Assembly: GCF_016595435.1 (NCBI RefSeq)
Contig: NZ_JAENIJ010000002.1
Span: 84,545-148,544, forward strand
DNA length: 64,000 bases
Direction of reading: 5' to 3'
Origin: Luteolibacter pohnpeiensis
Lineage (GTDB): Bacteria > Verrucomicrobiota > Verrucomicrobiia > Verrucomicrobiales > Akkermansiaceae
The notes below the pieces were generated by a model. The model saw only the letters and a program-made list of their open reading frames with translations, was not told the DNA's origin and did no database searches. Each line of letters begins with the position of its first letter. Positions within the stretch are counted from its first letter, which is position 1. The position numbers were made by a program, and so were the translations under genes. Positions 28,801 to 35,969 of the stretch are shown here, piece by piece.

Positions 28801-30921
28801 TTCGGGAGTATCGCAAAGGTCGATGAAATTCACCACGGCTTGACCGAGCAGCTTCATCTGCGCGCCGAATTGAGCGACGCCTTCACTTTGCGCCAATTCG
28901 CGACGCTTGGATTTCAGCTCAGCACGAATGCCATTGAGAGTTGCATACAGCGCCGAGATATTTTCGATGATCGCGGTCGTCTGTGTCGGATCTTCGATCC
29001 GCAGATTGCCAACAATATCGATCAACAATTCCAGTTCGCTGCCCGCTTGATCGAGCGCCTTCGCCACCTCATCCGCCTCGGTGGTTTTGGTGATTTGTTT
29101 GAGTATCGCGTGCTGTTCCTCAATCGCCTTCCGATAAGGATCGAGCGCCTCGTCACGCATCAGGAAATCCGCAGTCTGCTTGGAAACCTCATCAGTTGCC
29201 TTGGTGACCTGCTGGTCCAATGACTCAACAAACTGAAGGTCCACATAGCGCAGTTCACGCAGACCGATGATTTCACCGCGCCGCATCCGCAGATCGGCCA
29301 GGTTTCTAACAAAGCCTCGAATATCATCCGGAGATGTGATGCGGACCGCTTTGAGCAGTTTTTCGGTGATCGCACGGACTTCATTCGAACGAGCAGCCGT
29401 CGCCTGGCGGAGACGTTGCACTTTATCAAACTCCTCGATCGCCGAGTTGGCAGCGGCGTTGATTTCCTGAAGTGGTTCGGCGAGATTTTTTGTCTCCTCC
29501 TGATTCAACCAAAAGTAAGTATCAAGAACCTCGCGGCTGCGTTTGACCAGATCGAGATAAACATTCGCGTAGGTATCCCCTTTTCCAAACAGGATCAGGA
29601 TTTCCCGTGCTTCCGCCATCCCATGAACGAGGTTGGCATTGCCGACCTTGAACAAGAGAGACTCGCGTTTTTCCTCTGGCACCGCAACCGCGGAATCTCC
29701 GGCATACGGCGTTTGCCAAAGTTGCAAGGCATGATGTTTCTGTGGCTGATCCGGTGCTTTGAACTGCACCATTCTGCCATCGGCCGCGATCGCGAAACCA
29801 TTGCAAACCATCGGCGTTTCCACCTGCTGGGCGATGACGTTGTAGGACAACAAAACGTAATGACCGCTGGCTTGTTGATAGAAAACAAACAGGGTGTCTT
29901 CGCCATTCCCGGCCAGCAATCGGCGCTCGAAACGCAATTTACTCAGGCCGGTTTCGAATGTTTTCACCTCACCTGTCGCCAGGATATATCCATTGGCAAA
30001 CAGAAGCCCTTGGTCTTCTGGCAGTAGAACGCAGGATTCACCGATCCCATCGAGTCGATGGACGGCCTTGGTCTTCTCATTGAAAACCAGATAGCGGTGC
30101 AGCTCCTCACGGTACGGCAAAACCCGTAGCACGATGAGCGATCCGATGATCGCATAGTGAATCTCGGCATCATCCAGAGTTTGATCCGAATCCGTGACCG
30201 GCTCCGCGTAAATCCCCTCGCCGGTCTTGGTGTTATCCTCGATTTTAACCGTCAGGTCACCGCCTACCGTTTCAACGAACACCCGATCTTCAATGGAAAT
30301 GTGCGGATGCTCGCCAGAGCGATGCATATCGCGGTGTGCACGGGTCCATTGGAATTCAGTGGTCTCAGGAAACCGGCATTCATGATCCGAGCGATTGCCC
30401 TGATACTCCATGCTCCCATCACCATTCAGAAGCCACTTGAAGGTTTTGAAATCATTCTCGGTTTTCCCAATCCGCATTTTCATATGCAGGTGGGGCCCGA
30501 TCACCATGAATTTGATGAAAACCGCCTCGCGATAGTAGCGAAACAGCGTGTTGAAATCTTCAACAAACCCTTTATCGGTTAGCACCTCGCCAAGAGGGAC
30601 CGGATGAAAAGTGCCTTCGGGCTCCAACCGGTAGAGTGCGAAAACATCCTCCAACTCCATGGTCTGCTTAAGACCGAACTGGATATTGAATCCTAACAGA
30701 TAGAGATCATTTCCCAAACCGATGATATCTCGCGGAACACAGTTATGGCTGGTCGCGATGTGTCCGGTGGAAAGAAGGGCTGTCGGAATCGCGCCAAAGA
30801 CATCCTGCCGCGCGGCGTTCAACTGCTCGATCCGCTCACGCAGAACGGTCGCATGTTGATCAAGCCGGGCACGGATCACCTCATAGGCGCCGCCCTCAAG
30901 TTGTTGGGGTGCATCACTCAT
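25804..30921 (-). CDS. Giant 1705-aa multidomain protein with a MoxR/McrB/dynein-type AAA_5 ATPase module.
   Basis: Uninterrupted 5.1 kb ORF. The single AAA_5 module at about residues 1190-1330 has Walker A LLLLVSPPGYGKTT, Walker B/AAA_5 box VMIYVDDIQHTNPEFLQRFISL, a sensor-1-like VAVVMAGNPY and an Arg in IPDMLANRADTYNL. About 1150 aa N-terminal are coiled-coil or Ala-rich with no motif I recognise. There is no TM segment. Confidence 0.8.
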   Translation of the reverse strand: MSDAPQQLEGGAYEVIRARLDQHATVLRERIEQLNAARQDVFGAIPTALLSTGHIATSHNCVPRDIIGLGNDLYLLGFNIQFGLKQTMELEDVFALYRLEPEGTFHPVPLGEVLTDKGFVEDFNTLFRYYREAVFIKFMVIGPHLHMKMRIGKTENDFKTFKWLLNGDGSMEYQGNRSDHECRFPETTEFQWTRAHRDMHRSGEHPHISIEDRVFVETVGGDLTVKIEDNTKTGEGIYAEPVTDSDQTLDDAEIHYAIIGSLIVLRVLPYREELHRYLVFNEKTKAVHRLDGIGESCVLLPEDQGLLFANGYILATGEVKTFETGLSKLRFERRLLAGNGEDTLFVFYQQASGHYVLLSYNVIAQQVETPMVCNGFAIAADGRMVQFKAPDQPQKHHALQLWQTPYAGDSAVAVPEEKRESLLFKVGNANLVHGMAEAREILILFGKGDTYANVYLDLVKRSREVLDTYFWLNQEETKNLAEPLQEINAAANSAIEEFDKVQRLRQATAARSNEVRAITEKLLKAVRITSPDDIRGFVRNLADLRMRRGEIIGLRELRYVDLQFVESLDQQVTKATDEVSKQTADFLMRDEALDPYRKAIEEQHAILKQITKTTEADEVAKALDQAGSELELLIDIVGNLRIEDPTQTTAIIENISALYATLNGIRAELKSKRRELAQSEGVAQFGAQMKLLGQAVVNFIDLCDTPEKCDEYLTKVMVQVEELEGRFADFDEYVDQLSRKREEVYEAFEGRKQSLLEQRGRRAGNLMKSAERILSGVKNRADSQEDLDAINGYFAGDLMVSKLRDIISELRDLGDTVKSDDLQTRLKTLQSDAIRQLRDRKELFAGGKDVLQFGKHRFSVNTQELALSIVPHEEGMAYHLSGTGFFEPVTDERFLATREVWDQQLISENRQVYRVEWLIHRMLQDGNQGNDLEAVHAFMSARYAEGYTKGVHDEDAVKLLTAIRPIHDALGLLKFGPRVRTLAMLFWEVFKDTQEGSRLAPMIASHGAMRRAFGTAPTPNHPMQAALQRQLSAFLTDSAAASQIAGIGEHAEPVSFAAEAAGYLFEQLAEGGAFAASAEAAATTAEFKLAMDQRGAVAEMNKVLTAFEKDAERRFLVIFDWMAGQLKSAAIQETQHGTSPLSWVAEAAAHWLRGGIQQLGVIEVVSKIHVSGLRGQHPMIGDGGVYETDYHAFRDRLMKFERHDLPAFEACAGLKQQLTEEKRESLKLDEFKPRVMSSFVRNQLINEVYLPLIGDNLAKQIGTAGVDTRTDRSGLLLLVSPPGYGKTTIMEYVANRLGLTFMKINGPALGHGVVSLDPTEAPNLSAREEVDKLNLALEMGDNVMIYVDDIQHTNPEFLQRFISLCDGQRKMEGVWRGKARTYDLRGKKVAVVMAGNPYTEGGAKFKIPDMLANRADTYNLGDILGGHLEAFKASYIENSLTSNKVMAKLASRHQEDIYTVMKIAATGSQEGIDFKGNYAPAEIEEMVKVTRHLFEIRDTILQVNQEYIRSAAQEDAYRTEPPFKLQGSYRNMNRIAEKILPLMTLAEVRSLILDHYQNESQTLTQGAEANLLKFKEFEGIANEKEIARWTDIKKEFMKRRLLGGSGENDPVARVVAQLSAFQDGLDSIRTVIAETGRDYIKPQTLAETTVEQLRDIIAGLRAVPVEVDIKVVPVQEQNGPIQSLDGNDEPPIDIKPEVRQNVGEE

Positions 30922-30940
30922 CTCAAAAAAAGGTAAAGTT

Positions 30941-30967
30941 CCGGCAGGCTCTAACAGAACCTGCCGG
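30941..30967 (-). terminator. Intercistronic hairpin plus U-tract between the flotillin gene and the giant ATPase gene. Probably a partial terminator or attenuator.
   Basis: CCGGCAGG, 11-nt loop, CCTGCCGG. On the minus-strand RNA it is followed by AACUUUACCUUUUUUUUGAG and then the ATG at 30919-30921. Confidence 0.4.
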
Positions 30968-30979
30968 ATAGGGTAATCA

Positions 30980-33022
30980 TCACTTCAGGAACGAAGCGAC
31001 CTTCGCGTCAGCAAGGCCAAATCGCTCCGCGGTTCCAAGCAGACCGATCATTTTCTGGCGACTTTCACCGTTTGCATCTCCAATCAATTTTCCTAACAGA
31101 GCGGAAATGCTCAAGTTCTTCAGATCTTCAGTGGAAACACCGAAATCGGTGATCCAGGTGTTGATCTGGGATTTGAAGTATTCCGGATCGCCATTGAAGA
31201 AGGTGTCCTTCACGTCTCCGAGCACCTTGCTGTTGTCCACCGCGCGATCTACGACTTTTCCCGTAGTAATCGCCTTGGTGATACGGTCGAAGAACTCGGT
31301 TTCGCCGCCGACGATGTCGATCTTCGAATGCTTGAGGGCTTCTCCGATGACAACTGCCTGTTGCTCGGCAATCTGACGTTGGACGTCGATCTGAGCGAGT
31401 TCGATCGCCTTGTCTTTCTCGAGTTCCAGTTTGAACTCTTCGTGATCCTGACCGGCTTCTTCGAACAGCTTCATCGCATCGGCTTTCAGACGGATTGCTT
31501 CCGCATCGGCTTCGCCCTTGGCGCGCAGCACATCGGCTTCGCCCATGCCAATTGCGGCGGACTCCTTCGAAACAGCTTCGGCAAGCATCTTCTTCGCAAG
31601 AGATTGTTTCTCTGCAGAGCTTTGCTCGGCTTCGGCGATGATGATCATTTGCTCGGCATCCAGCTTTGCAGCCTGACGACGTGCCTCCGCAGATGTGGTG
31701 ATCGAGTACGCCTCTTCGTCAGCTCTGAATTGCGCTGCTTGTTTGTGAGCCTCGGCCTCTTTGGTTTGTTGGATCAGGTTTTCCTGAGCGGTTGCCTCCG
31801 CAGCCGTGACCAGCACCTTCTTCTCACGCTCCGCACCAGCGAAGGCTTCGGTGTCCTTGATTTTTTGTTGTTCTTCCACCACGGACTTTTCAACCACGAC
31901 ACGCTCGCGGATGACGTCCTGGATTTCCTTGCGTTGAATCTCGACGGCTTTTTCCGCTTCGATGCGTTTCAGCTCGGTCACGCGCTCACGTTCGATTTGT
32001 TCGACCATGCGCTCACGTTCGACGCGCTCAAGTTCGACCGCATCGGTGCGCTCTTTATTGCGCTGGGCAACCAACACCTGGCGTTGCTTGTTTTCTTCAG
32101 CGATAGCCAATTCTTCGTCTGCAGCGATGCGTGCAACCTCGGCTTTGCGGCGTTCTTCCTCGCGAACCTTGGCGGCTTCTGCTTCCTCACGGGATTGCAC
32201 CGATTCGACTTCGCGCTTCTGGCGTGCCTCGGTTTCTTTCAGCTGACGCTCAAGCTCCAGGATGGCTTCACGTGCTTCCACGTCCTGCTGTTTGATCACC
32301 TTTTCCTTATCGCGCTGAATTCGGTTCGAAAGCTTCGCTTGTTCAGCAGTGAGTTCGGTGATTTTCTTGATACCCTCGGAATCGAGAATGTTATCGGGAT
32401 CAAGCATTTCGATTGGCGTCTGCTCCAGAAAGTCGATCGCAGCATCTTCGAGGACATAGCCATTCAGATCGGTGCCGATCACACGCAGGATCGCGTCGCG
32501 GAACTTATCACGATCTTCGTAGAGCTGGATGAATTGGAAGCGCTTGCCGACGGTCTTGAGCGCTTCAGAGAATTTCGCATCGAATAGATTACGGATCTCT
32601 GCTTCACTGGATGCACGCTGGCAGCCGATCGACTCGGCGACTTTCAACACGTCTTCCTGGACGTTATTGATACGAACGAAGAACACGACTTTGATATCTG
32701 CCCGCATGTTGTCCTGACAGATCAGACCGTTTTTTCCTGTACGGTCGACTTCGATCTTTTTCACCGAAATGTCGATCTCTTCGATGCGGTGAATGATCGG
32801 CCACACAAAGCCACCGTTAAAAATCACTTTCGGTCCCTGTCCGGTCCGAACCAAGGCTTTGCCTTTCTCGACTTTCCGATAACAAGTTAGAATTAGATAA
32901 GCAAATCCAATGGTGATGATGACACCGATCACAATTAGAACAAGGCTCATCGAGCCCAGGAGATCACCCAACACCCCGGGAGGGAAATGGGAACTAATCA
33001 AGTGGATGGAGGATTCTTTCAT
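30980..33022 (-). CDS. Flotillin-family SPFH/band-7 protein (YqiK/FloT-like), 680 aa.
   Basis: N-terminal TM segment, an SPFH core (KALVRTGQG...IEEIDISVKKIEV), and a long flotillin-type C-terminal coiled coil rich in E, A, R, K and Q. Confidence 0.85.
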   Translation of the reverse strand: MKESSIHLISSHFPPGVLGDLLGSMSLVLIVIGVIITIGFAYLILTCYRKVEKGKALVRTGQGPKVIFNGGFVWPIIHRIEEIDISVKKIEVDRTGKNGLICQDNMRADIKVVFFVRINNVQEDVLKVAESIGCQRASSEAEIRNLFDAKFSEALKTVGKRFQFIQLYEDRDKFRDAILRVIGTDLNGYVLEDAAIDFLEQTPIEMLDPDNILDSEGIKKITELTAEQAKLSNRIQRDKEKVIKQQDVEAREAILELERQLKETEARQKREVESVQSREEAEAAKVREEERRKAEVARIAADEELAIAEENKQRQVLVAQRNKERTDAVELERVERERMVEQIERERVTELKRIEAEKAVEIQRKEIQDVIRERVVVEKSVVEEQQKIKDTEAFAGAEREKKVLVTAAEATAQENLIQQTKEAEAHKQAAQFRADEEAYSITTSAEARRQAAKLDAEQMIIIAEAEQSSAEKQSLAKKMLAEAVSKESAAIGMGEADVLRAKGEADAEAIRLKADAMKLFEEAGQDHEEFKLELEKDKAIELAQIDVQRQIAEQQAVVIGEALKHSKIDIVGGETEFFDRITKAITTGKVVDRAVDNSKVLGDVKDTFFNGDPEYFKSQINTWITDFGVSTEDLKNLSISALLGKLIGDANGESRQKMIGLLGTAERFGLADAKVASFLK

Positions 33023-33060
33023 GGGAGGTTTGGTTTCTAGGGTTAGATTGGGATAAATCG

Positions 33061-33747
33061 TTAGATTGAAGTAGTGGGAATGGGATGAACTAGATAAACT
33101 CCGGAGCTTTGATCGAGTGATACCACTACGATCTCAGTACCTCGGGGAATGGCGTCCGCGCCTTCTGTGAGTCTCGCATTCAGAATCGCTGGAGCACCCT
33201 GTTCACGAATGACTTCGACTTGACCGAATTTTGAATCGAGAATGATGGAACGGACCACGCCGGTTTGACCGATCACCGGCACCGCATCTTCCTGCTCCTT
33301 CAACTTTTTCATCAGTGGCACCAAAGGCTGCGTCACCAATTTGGTCACGATGGCACCCGTAATCAGAGCGCCCAATGCAAACCCAAGGGCAAGCAAATTG
33401 CTGTGACCTGGATTCAGATAATAATTCGTCAGAATGGAAATCGCCCACATGGCCGTGACCATCACGCTGATGACCACCGTGGTCGGAATAAGCCCCGCAT
33501 TTACGAATCGAAGCAATGCTCCTGCGACATCACCAATATTTCCGGCATCGCCGTCCACATCGACATCCATGTCCACGTCAACATCGGAGTCGGGCAGATC
33601 GAAATCTAACAGATCAACACCGACTGCGCCAAGCAATGATACAAGCCAGAAGACGACAACCACGCCTAGCGCGATTGTCAGCGGCAGATTGTATGGCAAC
33701 AACGCCTGCTCCCAAAGTTCTTTCACGGAGGAGACCTTAGGGAGCAC
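33061..33747 (-). CDS. NfeD/YqiJ-like membrane protein (the usual flotillin operon partner).
   Basis: Three TM helices, an acidic DVDVDMDVDVDGD linker, and a C-terminal OB-fold-like VVRSIILDSKFGQVEVIREQG...GTEIVVVSLD. Ends 38 bp upstream of the flotillin gene. Confidence 0.7.
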   Translation of the reverse strand: MLPKVSSVKELWEQALLPYNLPLTIALGVVVVFWLVSLLGAVGVDLLDFDLPDSDVDVDMDVDVDGDAGNIGDVAGALLRFVNAGLIPTTVVISVMVTAMWAISILTNYYLNPGHSNLLALGFALGALITGAIVTKLVTQPLVPLMKKLKEQEDAVPVIGQTGVVRSIILDSKFGQVEVIREQGAPAILNARLTEGADAIPRGTEIVVVSLDQSSGVYLVHPIPTTSI

Positions 33748-33798
33748 ATCGATTCATGACAACATGTTCCGCTGTGTAAACGCAGCCCATGTTTGTAG

Positions 33799-35043
33799 TC
33801 ACTTTTGATCTATGTGTTGAGAATTTCCACCCACTCCGAGGCCACGGTACATCACGGCGAAGATCACGAAACATACAGCGATCATCGACGCCAGGATTCC
33901 CCAAAAATGAAACCAGCCTCCCACTCCATCCTCAACAAAATGGTTGCGCAGCCAACCACAGACGCGAGCACCAATAAACGGACCGAATCCGGATGACATA
34001 AATGCCAGCAGTCCTTGCGCCTGCCCTCGCATTCCCGCATCCACCCGGCGATCCAGGAAGACCTGCGCCGTAATGAAATAGAATGTATAGCAAACGCCAT
34101 GAAGGCCGATACCCAAGATGTGCCAACCTATGACGCCAACCAGCCCGGCATACGCGCTCAAGCTAAAACGCAGCGCGGACAATCCCAGCGCCATCAACAG
34201 CACAACTTTCACACGCAATCTCGCCATGACCGAACCAACGATCAGTAGCGCTACGATTTCACTAGCTTGAGCCACCGCCATGGTCGCAGTCGGATGCGTA
34301 TCCCCCATTGCCTTCAACTGCTCCGGCGAAAACATGTAGAATGCCGCAAGCGGGATGGAGAACAAGGCGGTCACCACAAAGAAAACGCAATGATCCCTTT
34401 GCTTCAGCAGCGTGAACGCATCAAAGCCTAACAGACTTCGCCACGACCTGCTCTTGCCCAGTGGTGGTGTATAGGGAAGGCAAAGCCCGATGACGCCTGC
34501 CGCCAGACGGCCCAGCGCGCCAGCATAGCCCGCCAAAGGAGAGCTATCCGCATGCAACACGAGTCCTGTTAACAGACCGCCACTCACCCATCCCAGGGTC
34601 GCTCCTATTCTAACAAATGGAAAACTTCGCTCGGACTTCGCCAAATGGGTAAACGAAACCGTGGCAAGATAACCCCACATCGGGCCACAAGCCAAGGAGT
34701 ATAGACCTAACAAACCGATAAACCACCACGCATTCCAGCCACGATGCAATACGAGAAATGCCAGCGCCAGAAAGATCGATCCGAGCAACGAGCTATAGGC
34801 AAACAATCGGTTTGCGGCAACCCGCTGATCCGCCAATGCGCCGCCGATCAGTGGAGAAACCATTGCCGCAAACGGCGCCACCATGAATGCGATCGCAACC
34901 CACTCGGACAAGCCCAGGGATCGCATGATATTGGTGAGGGCGGGCATCCAACAGCCCGATGACATGCCTTGAAAAAAGAACGCGAGCCAAATCCAGACGA
35001 ATGTTCCGTATTTGCCACTACCGCGTTCTGGGTCGTTCCTCAC
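33799..35043 (-). CDS. MFS transporter.
   Basis: About 12 TM helices and a GxLaDr-like motif (GGALADQRV). 414 aa. Ends 51 bp upstream of the NfeD-like gene. Confidence 0.8.
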   Translation of the reverse strand: MRNDPERGSGKYGTFVWIWLAFFFQGMSSGCWMPALTNIMRSLGLSEWVAIAFMVAPFAAMVSPLIGGALADQRVAANRLFAYSSLLGSIFLALAFLVLHRGWNAWWFIGLLGLYSLACGPMWGYLATVSFTHLAKSERSFPFVRIGATLGWVSGGLLTGLVLHADSSPLAGYAGALGRLAAGVIGLCLPYTPPLGKSRSWRSLLGFDAFTLLKQRDHCVFFVVTALFSIPLAAFYMFSPEQLKAMGDTHPTATMAVAQASEIVALLIVGSVMARLRVKVVLLMALGLSALRFSLSAYAGLVGVIGWHILGIGLHGVCYTFYFITAQVFLDRRVDAGMRGQAQGLLAFMSSGFGPFIGARVCGWLRNHFVEDGVGGWFHFWGILASMIAVCFVIFAVMYRGLGVGGNSQHIDQK

Positions 35044-35154
35044 TTCATGAGCTTGGCTGTGTGACTCAAGAGATCCAGTCGGTTTTCATGGGAATTACAA
35101 ACTCGCACCCCGTAGAATCTACGAATTCCCTTGCTAAATGACCTGCGACTTGAT

Positions 35155-35168
35155 TTGTTCCACCGAAC
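35155..35168. promoter_or_regulatory. Candidate LexA operator (SOS box) TGTTCCACCGAACA.
   Basis: Perfect TGTTC-N4-GAACA palindrome 14 bp upstream of the lexA ATG. It lies in the 138-bp divergent intergenic region shared with the MFS gene. A third half-site, CTGTTCACC, follows directly. Confidence 0.6.
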
Positions 35169-35181
35169 ACTGTTCACCCTT

Positions 35182-35793
35182 ATGCACGCCCTCACCCCAC
35201 GCCAACAAGAGATCCTGGACTTTCTAAAAACGTCCCAACGCGAGTCCGGCATCATGCCGTCGACTCGTGAAATTCAGCACCATTTCAATTTCGCGAGCCA
35301 AACTGCAGCGATGAGCCACCTCCGTGCGCTGGAGAGAAAAGGCGTGATCCAGAGGCTCGCCGGAAAAGCCCGAGCCGTCATTTTCCCCGATGAACTCAAC
35401 CGTGCCGAGGTTGTTACCATTCCGCTTTACGGTCGGATTGCCGCCGGTATGTCCCAAGACGCACCTCAGGAACAGCAAGGATGCATTTCCGTCGATATTG
35501 CATCACTCGGCATTCCACGTCATGCCCGCACATTCGCGTTGAAAGTCCATGGAGACTCCATGATTGACGCGCACATTTGCGATGGGGATACGGTGATTCT
35601 GGAATTCAAGGAAGCACGTAAAAACGACATTGTTGCCGCTTTGATCGATGGTGAAACCACTCTCAAACGCTATGTTTTGGACAAAGGGCGACCGTTTCTA
35701 AAGGCAGAAAATCCAGATTACCCGAATCTCATTCCTGCCCGTGAGCTGATCATTCAAGGCGTGCTCGTCGCGCTGCTTCGGCAAACCAACTGA
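35182..35793 (+). CDS. lexA: LexA repressor (S24 peptidase).
   Basis: MHALTPRQQEILDFL...HLRALERKGVI wHTH region. Cleavage-site and catalytic Ser/Lys region (AAGMS..., GDSMIDAHI, TLKRY). The track ORF starts 17 codons early. Confidence 0.9.
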   Translation: MHALTPRQQEILDFLKTSQRESGIMPSTREIQHHFNFASQTAAMSHLRALERKGVIQRLAGKARAVIFPDELNRAEVVTIPLYGRIAAGMSQDAPQEQQGCISVDIASLGIPRHARTFALKVHGDSMIDAHICDGDTVILEFKEARKNDIVAALIDGETTLKRYVLDKGRPFLKAENPDYPNLIPARELIIQGVLVALLRQTN

Positions 35794-35836
35794 TTCACGT
35801 CTGATTCAAAGCCACCACGATCTCTAACAAATAATC

Positions 35837-35879
35837 CGGAATCAGCGCTTTCGCGGGCTGGTTCCGGTTTTTTGTTTTG
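35837..35879 (+). terminator. Rho-independent terminator after lexA.
   Basis: CCGGAA, loop, TTCCGG, followed by TTTTTTGTTTT. Confidence 0.5.
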
Positions 35880-35969
35880 AGATTACGGTTATACCCAGTC
35901 CCGAAAAGATAAGTTCACCAAATCTGGGGAATTGACGGACATGGAATTGCTTTTTAGGATAGATCTAGT

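Noticed and set aside
31328-32587. 419-aa plus-strand ORF, which is Cys/Leu/Phe-rich.
   Set aside because: It is antisense to the flotillin coiled-coil region. The protein is low-complexity nonsense.
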